DNA of 45,310 nt from Candidatus Woesearchaeota archaeon (lineage in GTDB: Archaea; Nanobdellota; Nanobdellia; Woesearchaeales; GW2011-AR9), in assembly GCA_018657475.1 (NCBI GenBank), contig JABHXC010000028.1:1-45310 (forward strand), read 5' to 3'. The first letter of the stretch is position 1; each line of letters opens with the position of its first letter. The notes below the pieces were generated by a model. That model made no database searches. It was not told the DNA's origin and saw only the letters and a program-made list of their open reading frames with translations. Below are positions 1 to 7,194 of the stretch, one piece after another. Position numbers and translations under genes: made by a program.

Positions 1-3000
1 GTTGTGTTTACTGTAACAGTGTAATTTGTTTCTGAAAAATTACTAAATCCTGCGCTATCAACACATTCAATATTCCAAATAAATTTTCCATCAGGCATAT
101 ATTTAGTTATGTTGTTTGTAGTGCTGTTACTGACATCAAAAATGGTAGTGTCTCTCTGCCAAGTTCCAGTTATGTTATTGTATAAAGAACAATTTGTCAA
201 ACTAGCATCATCATCACTAACGGTGAAGTTGAATTCGACCAATGAGTCAGTTAGTATGGCATTATTTGCGGGATTTAGTAATGAGATGTTAGGTACTTGT
301 GTTACATTGAAGAAAGTGGTAACACTACTGTTTATGTTAGTTACTGAGTCTGTTGCAATAAAAGTGACATTATGCCTACCGATTATTTGAGTAGTGTAGG
401 TGGAATTGTAGATGTCATCTGCGTCACTGTCAGTTAAAGTAATTTGATTGATAGTACCATTAGGAAGAGTTACATTAGCTAAAACTGAACTGACAGTGAA
501 CACATCAATTACAGTTACATTAAGATTTACTGTGTTTCCAAGACTGTAGTTTGTATTTTCATCTGGCTGAGGTAAAGTTACCGCAGGAGCAACAGTGTCA
601 ACTGTAACAGTGAAGTTGTTTACTGCAAATGCTGAATTTCCTCCCCCAGTACTGTTATCTGTTACTAAACAATTCCAAAGATGTTGTCCGTCAGCCACAT
701 TGTTTATTGTAAAACTAGTTTGATTTGTAGTTCCGTTTAATTCAATAGTTTCATTTGCAGTGAAAGTTCCTGAAAGATTATGATAAAGTGTAAAGTTGAA
801 CAAACCACCTGCATCAGTAGCATTACAAGTGAAAATCACTGTTGACGAGTTCTGGGAGGATGTATCTGCCGGAGAAACCAAAGTTACCAATGGAGCTGCA
901 GATTCTTGGATGTTAAAATCCCTAGTTTCAGTGTTGTTTAAATTTCCATCAGTGTCATTAGCTAAGATTAAGATAGTGTAAGTTCCAACGGCAGAAGTTT
1001 GATTAAATGTAACATTGTAAATCCCATTAGCATCATCATCAGTTAAAGTCTCTTGGATGATAGTTGTGTTAGGTAAAGTGATGTTGGCTAAGACAGTTTC
1101 CACAATTAGTTGATCGGTAACATTAACATTGATGATAACGTCAGTATCTTGAGCAAAATTACTTCCTTCTGCTGGAATTGTGATGTTGACTGAAGGTGGA
1201 TAAATATCATTTATAGTGAAATTAGTTGTTTCTGAATTGTTTACAAATCCTACACTATCATTAGCTATGATAGTTACATTATAGTTACCTGGCAGGGTTG
1301 GAGCTGTAAATGAACCATTGTATTTTTCTCCGCTGTCTAGAGAAAGAGTTATTTGTTCGATAGTGGAGTTGGGAAAAGTTATGTTAGCTAACACGGTGTC
1401 GATGTTTACTTCAGTAACATTAGCTGCAATTTCAATAGTTGATGCATTGTAAGCGGTGCTAGCGATTGGAATTAAATCGAATACTAAAGGCGTAGTGGTA
1501 TCGATGATGATATTTGTTCTTGTTACGGTATCGTTACTATTACCAACATTGTCTACTGCTGTTGCATTAATCAAATAAGTTCCGTCAACTAAATCGGTGA
1601 AGTTAACAAAGTGTGGAGATGCAGTAGTGTTAATAGTAGTGTTTAGTAAGACTAAATTTGAAGCATTGTAAAGATAAGTAGTGATATTAGCGATATTTGT
1701 ATCTGTTGCAGTTACATTAGTTAAGATGTTTGTTCTAGTTTGGTAAGTGCTAGCGTTATCTGTTGGATCGACGAAAATAATTGTGGGATTTGTTCCGTCA
1801 ACTGTAACCGTTCTGCTTTCAGTCCAATTAAGATTATTAGAGGTATCGTTCCCATACACTTGGAATGTATATGAGCCGTCTGCTAAACTTGTTTTTGTTA
1901 CTGAACACTGCTTTTCTGTTCCTGAGATGGTTGTTTCAGTCATTGACTCATTAGCACCATCAAATTCTAAAAGACAACTACCCACAGCAGTTTCATCGGT
2001 TAAAGTTGCATTGATGGTAAAAGTAGGGAGTTGTAAGGAAGTAGTGTTTGGTGTTGGATCAGTAAAAGTTATGTTTGGCCCAATAATGTCTGCCGCTTCA
2101 TTATAAGTCACATTAAAGAAGAATACGTCTGTGGAGACAGTTTCAGTTGAAGGAGCTCCAGCAGTAGTACGTTCCATTTCCATTTTTGCAAAAGCTCTCG
2201 TACCAGCTGCACCAAAGAAATTTGCACAAGTCCAGATTTCACCATTCCCGGTTACATCAGTACAAGTAACTCCAGGATTTGCTGCAGCACCTGGACAAGT
2301 ATTAGTAACTGCAGTATAAGAAAGCCCACCATTGGCATCAACAGAAACGTCACAAGTTTGAGTGTTAGTCCCAGTAGCCCAACGTTCATAACAAAGTAGT
2401 ACAGAATCAATGCTACCACAATTCGTTATTGATGTATTTACGGTTTGAATTCTTAATCCACCGAAATTAGTTCCACCTTTACCATAAGTTTGAGTTTCTA
2501 CCAGAGAGTTATCTGATTCTAATAAAGAACCGTCAGCAGCATCACAAGCACTAGCAAAAACGCCTGGACCAGCAGAATTTTCGGCATCACAAGTACTAAC
2601 TTCTTCTCCGAAAACCGGATCTTCAGCTGTTAGGATAAATGTGTAAGTTTCTCCTGGAGTTAAATTGGTTTGGAATAAAGCCCATTCACCGTAACAATCT
2701 TGTTGTTCAAAGTCGTAATCTTTACATTTGTATAAGTTTATTCCTTTTGCTTCTACTGTTACTAAACCATCCGTAAAATCTAGATTTTCTGGGTTAAGAG
2801 CATAAACTTGGGCCCAGCTCCCTAGAGGTGAAGGAAAATCTTTTGGCAGTTCTTCAAAGCCAAGATCGTTTTCATTGTTTAAATTAAGATCATTTAATCT
2901 GATTTCTTTAATCGGACTATTTTCTGGAGTGATCTTTAGATTGACTAGAGAATCATCACTTGCAATTCCTATATTTGAATCAGTGATAATTTCGTATTGT

Positions 3001-3554
3001 GCTGAAACTGTTTTTCTTTTACTATTCTTTAAATCGAAGTTATCAATTTGAGTTATAGTTGGAGTTATGGTTTCTGGTGAAATCTCAGCTACAGGAGTTG
3101 GCTCTGGTTCAGTGATAATTTTTTCTACTGTTTCATCTTCAGGAATAGAAACAACTTCTTGGGAAGGTTCCTCAATATTGTTGAGGAACTCTTCTGGAAG
3201 TTGTTTGGAGGTGTTGTTTGGAGGTAGGTTTATTGTTTCTGAGGTTTCATTTTCTGTAACATTAGAAAGGTGAACTTCCCCAGAAGAGTTCTCTGGGTTA
3301 GGGAGAGTCTCTTCTGGAGTTTGTTCTGGTTTCTTCTCTATTGGATTTATGTTACTTCGGTTTCCACCTAGAGTATGATTTGTGATATTTGATTCGTTTA
3401 CGATTTCTTCAGATGAATCAATGAACCCAATTTCTTCTGACACTACTGCACCGGTTATAGTTCCGGCACTAATTAGGGCAATTGTAAACATTACAGCTAG
3501 GACACTTACTAGTATAATAATGGGTGCTAGTCCGGATAGATGTTGGCGTTTCAT
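1..3554 (-). CDS. Large secreted/surface (S-layer or adhesin-like) protein with a Cys-rich domain and tandem Ig-like repeats; 3' end lies outside the window
   Basis: Absent from the ORF track because there is no stop in the window. ATG at 3554 overlaps the upstream stop (ATGA). It reads MKRQHLSGLAPIIILVSVLAVMFTIALISAGTITGAVV (signal/TM), then a P/E-rich linker, LYKCKDYDFEQQDCYGEW, and ~100-aa repeats ending in motifs such as TVTVDTVAP and IIIDTTTP, with many N-x-S/T sequons. Frame was spot-checked at the start, at ~2680 and at the window edge, not codon by codon. Confidence 0.88.
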   Translation of the reverse strand, partial: MKRQHLSGLAPIIILVSVLAVMFTIALISAGTITGAVVSEEIGFIDSSEEIVNESNITNHTLGGNRSNINPIEKKPEQTPEETLPNPENSSGEVHLSNVTENETSETINLPPNNTSKQLPEEFLNNIEEPSQEVVSIPEDETVEKIITEPEPTPVAEISPETITPTITQIDNFDLKNSKRKTVSAQYEIITDSNIGIASDDSLVNLKITPENSPIKEIRLNDLNLNNENDLGFEELPKDFPSPLGSWAQVYALNPENLDFTDGLVTVEAKGINLYKCKDYDFEQQDCYGEWALFQTNLTPGETYTFILTAEDPVFGEEVSTCDAENSAGPGVFASACDAADGSLLESDNSLVETQTYGKGGTNFGGLRIQTVNTSITNCGSIDSVLLCYERWATGTNTQTCDVSVDANGGLSYTAVTNTCPGAAANPGVTCTDVTGNGEIWTCANFFGAAGTRAFAKMEMERTTAGAPSTETVSTDVFFFNVTYNEAADIIGPNITFTDPTPNTTSLQLPTFTINATLTDETAVGSCLLEFDGANESMTETTISGTEKQCSVTKTSLADGSYTFQVYGNDTSNNLNWTESRTVTVDGTNPTIIFVDPTDNASTYQTRTNILTNVTATDTNIANITTYLYNASNLVLLNTTINTTASPHFVNFTDLVDGTYLINATAVDNVGNSNDTVTRTNIIIDTTTPLVFDLIPIASTAYNASTIEIAANVTEVNIDTVLANITFPNSTIEQITLSLDSGEKYNGSFTAPTLPGNYNVTIIANDSVGFVNNSETTNFTINDIYPPSVNITIPAEGSNFAQDTDVIINVNVTDQLIVETVLANITLPNTTIIQETLTDDDANGIYNVTFNQTSAVGTYTILILANDTDGNLNNTETRDFNIQESAAPLVTLVSPADTSSQNSSTVIFTCNATDAGGLFNFTLYHNLSGTFTANETIELNGTTNQTSFTINNVADGQHLWNCLVTDNSTGGGNSAFAVNNFTVTVDTVAPAVTLPQPDENTNYSLGNTVNLNVTVIDVFTVSSVLANVTLPNGTINQITLTDSDADDIYNSTYTTQIIGRHNVTFIATDSVTNINSSVTTFFNVTQVPNISLLNPANNAILTDSLVEFNFTVSDDDASLTNCSLYNNITGTWQRDTTIFDVSNSTTNNITKYMPDGKFIWNIECVDSAGFSNFSETNYTVTVNT

Positions 3555-3748
3555 TTAACTTTAAACCAGGCAGTTGCTTTGCCTATAGTAAAACAGTCTA
3601 CTTTCTTCTTCAATTGCAATTTTAGACAATTCCTGTCAGCAGTATGCCATGCAATGTTGAGTTTTTCTGCAATCTCTCGTGTTGAAATGGGCTGCTTGCT
3701 AGCATTGAGAAGTCGTACTATCTGCTTTGCTACCTCTTTTTTGGTCAT
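3551..3748 (-). CDS. Small winged-helix DNA-binding protein
   Basis: 65 aa with HTH pattern ISTREIAEKLNIAWHTA; stop overlaps the start of the surface-protein gene. Confidence 0.8.
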   Translation of the reverse strand: MTKKEVAKQIVRLLNASKQPISTREIAEKLNIAWHTADRNCLKLQLKKKVDCFTIGKATAWFKVK

Positions 3749-3775
3749 TCAGTGCTAGAAGAGAGTTCTTTTTCG

Positions 3776-3790
3776 TATATAAATGTTCGC
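3776..3790 (-). promoter_or_regulatory. Archaeal TATA/BRE-like promoter of the wHTH-surface protein operon
   Basis: Minus strand reads tgcgaacaTTTATATA, ~28-35 bp upstream of ATG 3748. Confidence 0.5.
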
Positions 3791-3911
3791 ATATAAGTAA
3801 TTAATTAGAGTAATACAGATTAGTTAGTAGAATTAGTAACATCCATTAAGAGAGTATATTCGCACTTTTTGAATAGAAAATATTTAAATACTGTAGAAAA
3901 ATAAAGGAATA

Positions 3912-4115
3912 GTGGCATTACAAAAGAATAGTAATCATCGTGCGCTCTGGAGTCATCTTCAAATTTGGCTAGGAATAGTGATAGTGTTAGTAGGATTGCT
4001 TGTTTTCAAATATTCATGGATTGCAAGTGTAATTGTTTTAGTAATAGGCATTCTTCTTCTTGCCTGGAAGAAAAAAGAATTAAAAGATTTTAAAGAAAAA
4101 CAAAAAGAGAAATAA
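3912..4115 (+). CDS. Small two-TM membrane protein
   Basis: Two hydrophobic segments and a basic tail; GTG start. Confidence 0.6.
   Translation: MALQKNSNHRALWSHLQIWLGIVIVLVGLLVFKYSWIASVIVLVIGILLLAWKKKELKDFKEKQKEK
4067..4113 (+). repeat. 47-bp perfect direct repeat, copy 1
   Basis: gaagaaaaaagaattaaaagattttaaagaaaaacaaaaagagaaat, identical to 5288-5334. Confidence 0.9.
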
Positions 4116-4118
4116 AAA

Positions 4119-5048
4119 CTATTTATGAAATAAGAACTTCTGAATTGTTGGTCTCCAAAATGTTTTTGATGTTTTCAAATATTGTTCCATGGACAATCTA
4201 CAAAAATCAAAATTTTGATGGTTGCAATACTCAACTAATGTCTCACGAATTTGAAAATTCATATCACCTTTAAATATCAAAGGAGGATAATTATTCTGAA
4301 GCATTTGTACAACTAATAAAATTCTTCCCAAGCGACTATTACCATCAATAAATGGGTGAACTTTTTGGTAATTGAGATGAAAAATCAGTGGACGTAAGAA
4401 AGGATATACTTTTCTATCTTTATATTTCTTTAAAGTTTCTTTTAAATCATTTCTAATTTTGTTTGGCAATGATGTTAATGCTTTCTCAAGATAGCCAAAT
4501 GTGTTAATCTGTTTTTTAAATTTACCAGCATGTGAATAAATTCCACGATAAATGTCTTCATGTAACCTTTTAAACTGAACAATTGATCTAAATTCACTTT
4601 GCATTAATCTGAAGAGAGATTTTTTAGAATTATTATACAAATGAATGTCTAATTCTGGAAGTACAATTCTTTTCTTTTTATCTATGCTATCTGCAAGTTT
4701 AGGAGTTATTGTTGAACCTTCTAATTCCATACTATTTGCTAAAAAAAGCCTAACAAACTCACTAAAAATCTCTTTTTTATTTTTCTCTTCCAGTAAATTG
4801 AAAAATATTTGATAAAAAACTTTTTCTGTTTCTATTTCAACAATCTCTTTTAAAGTGAAATATGTTTGGAAATTTTCTTTAAAATATTTCGCTCTATCTG
4901 TAGCTATTTTCTGAATTATTTTTTCATTATAGCCTATTTTATCTTTAGCGATTATGAATGAGGCTTTTTTGATTTTATTTCCTATCCGAAAACTATGATC
5001 TATATAAGTGTAAGTTATACCATTAACCACTCTTTTTTGTAAAAACAT
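4119..5048 (-). CDS. Fic-domain protein
   Basis: HPFIDGNSRLGR matches the Fic motif HPFxDGNGRxxR with one G-to-S change; SMELEG N-terminal motif. Confidence 0.9.
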   Translation of the reverse strand: MFLQKRVVNGITYTYIDHSFRIGNKIKKASFIIAKDKIGYNEKIIQKIATDRAKYFKENFQTYFTLKEIVEIETEKVFYQIFFNLLEEKNKKEIFSEFVRLFLANSMELEGSTITPKLADSIDKKKRIVLPELDIHLYNNSKKSLFRLMQSEFRSIVQFKRLHEDIYRGIYSHAGKFKKQINTFGYLEKALTSLPNKIRNDLKETLKKYKDRKVYPFLRPLIFHLNYQKVHPFIDGNSRLGRILLVVQMLQNNYPPLIFKGDMNFQIRETLVEYCNHQNFDFCRLSMEQYLKTSKTFWRPTIQKFLFHK

Positions 5049-5154
5049 GATTTTTTTTTGTTTAATAGATATATAAATGTTATGTGGTTTTTAAACCTAC
5101 ATAATCTCAAAAAAAACAAGTAGTGGGGTTATTTAAACGCAATTTAAGTAAGAG

Positions 5155-5336
5155 ATACCACTACACAAAAACAAAAACAAATCAAAAATTAAACCTACTA
5201 AATCACACTAATTTGGAAAAATTACTCCAAAAACACCAATGGACAGAAGCATTATTATTCTGACTATTGGAATTATCTTAACTTTGTGAAGAAAAAAGAA
5301 TTAAAAGATTTTAAAGAAAAACAAAAAGAGAAATGA
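5155..5336 (+). pseudogene. Degenerate paralog of the 3912-4115 membrane protein gene
   Basis: Allowing two 1-bp gaps it reads W-T-x-SIIILTIGIILTL-W-KKKELKDFKEKQKEK, versus WIASVIVLVIGILLLAWKKKELKDFKEKQKEK. The 5' boundary is uncertain. Confidence 0.6.
5288..5334 (+). repeat. 47-bp perfect direct repeat, copy 2
   Basis: Identical to 4067-4113. Confidence 0.9.
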
Positions 5337-5337
5337 G

Positions 5338-6819
5338 TTAACTCTCATCCAACCCACCAAATATTTCTTGGTCAGGAAAGACGTCAAGACCATCAGAAGT
5401 AATATTCATAGCTACAATCTTGTGCTGATGACCAGCTCCCCGTAATTTAAGAACTTCAATTGCTCGCTCCCTTACATTACCTCGTTTAATGTTATAAATC
5501 ACAACAACGGCGTCAGCAAGAAATTCTTCAACACCAGTGGTAGAAAAAATAGTTGGAACTTGTTTAGTTTCCGTTATCAAAAATGAAGTTGCACCAATTT
5601 CTTCAAAAAATCTAAACAACTGCTCAATGTAAATTCTGTAAGAATCCTCTTTACCAGTAAAAGCAGAAGCAATAGCTGTTAAAGAATCAACAACAATAAT
5701 GTCTGGTTTAAAATTACCTGGAAAAATGATTGGTTGGACATCAATTAATAGTTCACCTTTTGATTTCATTAAAAGAGCATCCACACTACGCGTGATTTCA
5801 AATGGATTAAACCTTTTTAGAAGAAGATTACCGTCTTTGATATGTTTCTGGGGGTCCCAGCCAAAATCCTCCATATGTTTAATTAGTCGTTCTTCAGACT
5901 CTTCAAAGCTCATATACAAACATTTCTCGCCATGAGAAGCATGATATTCAAGAGTTTGTAATGCAAAAATAGTTTTTCCACTTCCTGCACCACCTGCCAC
6001 CAATACAGCAGCCCCTTTTGGCAATCCTTTATCCAATAAAGCATCAAATCCCTCAATACCAGTATAAATGTATTCTTGTTCTTCTCCTTTTTTGAGTTTT
6101 TTATGGGGCTTCTTTTTTCCTTTTAACTCTTCTTCAATTTCTTCTTTTATAGCAGCCATGTCAATTTTCTTGTTGCCATTTACTGTTTTGGCAACATGGG
6201 CGACAGGTGCACGTTCCTCTTTGATTTTAGCATGATGTCTCTTGATTTTGCCAGACTTCAATTCTGCCTGAATTTTATCTTTAGCTTCTTCAATATCAAA
6301 TTGAGGTTTAGTTGATTTTGATTCTGATTCTTTTTCTGCTTTGGATTTACGAGGTAATTTAGTAATATGTTCTTCTTGAAGAGGTTGAAGTTTAACATCT
6401 TCTTTTGGAGATGGTTCATCTTTTAGCGTGTGGACGTTGTCCTGGTTTACTTTTTTAACATTAACTTTGCCAGAGTTGGTCAAAGAATGTAACTGATCAG
6501 AGATTGTTGATTTAGTTAAGCCGGTTTTTTCAATCATCTCACTTATTGAAAGTCCTTCAGGATGACTTTTAAGAAGTTCTTGAAGAGATTGAAGCGCAAT
6601 ATCTTCTTTTGTTGGTTCTTCTTGCTTCCATTTATGCACTTTTGCCATATTGATTTGTTTGACATCAACTTTTTCAGAACCAACTAAAGCATGTAAACGA
6701 GCTAAAACAGTATGTCTGGCCAAACCGGTTTTGTTCATAATATCCTGAATAGTAAGACCATCTGGGTGTGACTGGAGAAGATCAATAATTGTAATTTTCT
6801 TTTTATCTTTTTTTTCCAT
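5338..6819 (-). CDS. Tandem wHTH fused to a single KaiC-like (RecA-superfamily) ATPase domain
   Basis: Two ~69-aa HTH repeats (LLQSHPDGLTI / LLKSHPEGLSI); Walker A GGAGSGKT; SFEE; Walker B VVDSL; GVEEFLAD; KLRG. Start at 6819 is preferred because a TATA box lies at 6855-6862. Confidence 0.88.
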   Translation of the reverse strand: MEKKDKKKITIIDLLQSHPDGLTIQDIMNKTGLARHTVLARLHALVGSEKVDVKQINMAKVHKWKQEEPTKEDIALQSLQELLKSHPEGLSISEMIEKTGLTKSTISDQLHSLTNSGKVNVKKVNQDNVHTLKDEPSPKEDVKLQPLQEEHITKLPRKSKAEKESESKSTKPQFDIEEAKDKIQAELKSGKIKRHHAKIKEERAPVAHVAKTVNGNKKIDMAAIKEEIEEELKGKKKPHKKLKKGEEQEYIYTGIEGFDALLDKGLPKGAAVLVAGGAGSGKTIFALQTLEYHASHGEKCLYMSFEESEERLIKHMEDFGWDPQKHIKDGNLLLKRFNPFEITRSVDALLMKSKGELLIDVQPIIFPGNFKPDIIVVDSLTAIASAFTGKEDSYRIYIEQLFRFFEEIGATSFLITETKQVPTIFSTTGVEEFLADAVVVIYNIKRGNVRERAIEVLKLRGAGHQHKIVAMNITSDGLDVFPDQEIFGGLDES

Positions 6820-6854
6820 GTTGAATTCCTGTTTAAACGAGTATATCATATTCG

Positions 6855-6870
6855 TTTATAAACATTGCGC
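6855..6870 (-). promoter_or_regulatory. TATA/BRE-like promoter of the wHTH-KaiC gene
   Basis: TTTATAAA at 6855-6862; flanking sequence resembles the promoter at 3776-3790. Confidence 0.5.
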
Positions 6871-6907
6871 ATGGTAATTGAGTGGTTTGTTCGTCATTGA
6901 TAGATGC

Positions 6908-6946
6908 CTATCACAGATTAAATTTAGGTTCAAATTTAATGAAATT
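6908..6946. promoter_or_regulatory. Palindromic element copy 1 (ATTAAATTT-N6-AAATTTAAT) within a ~39-bp imperfect direct repeat
   Basis: Perfect 9-bp arms at 6917-6940; repeated at 7097-7136. Confidence 0.6.
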
Positions 6947-7096
6947 ACGATGAGGCGAAAGAGTGAGTCCAAAAAAATTAACGAGTGCATTGAAGTCATC
7001 ATTTTTGATTAAGAGAGTATTTATTTTAAGTATATGAGAGTTGTTTATAATAATTGTTATTCACCCACAAGTAGTTTTAACAACACTAATATGCAT

Positions 7097-7136
7097 CTAT
7101 CACACATTGAATTTAAGTTCAAATTTAATCAAAATT
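7097..7136. promoter_or_regulatory. Palindromic element copy 2
   Basis: ATTGAATTT-aagttc-AAATTTAAT at 7106-7129, preceded by the same ctatcaca. Confidence 0.6.
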
Positions 7137-7194
7137 AGATTCCTAACCACAAAAAAAATGGTCAAAATTATTAAAATTTATGTTTAAAAAAAGA

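Noticed and set aside
109-3758. Several short + strand ORFs in the track (109, 796, 1747, 2131, 3067, 3540)
   Set aside because: Antisense shadows of the large minus-strand surface-protein gene and the wHTH gene
5338-6819. Circadian clock (kaiC)
   Set aside because: Single domain, no CII ST phospho-sites, and no KaiA or KaiB in the window
3845-7020. 13-bp match attaagagagtat at 3845 and ~7008
   Set aside because: Short and AT-rich; could be chance
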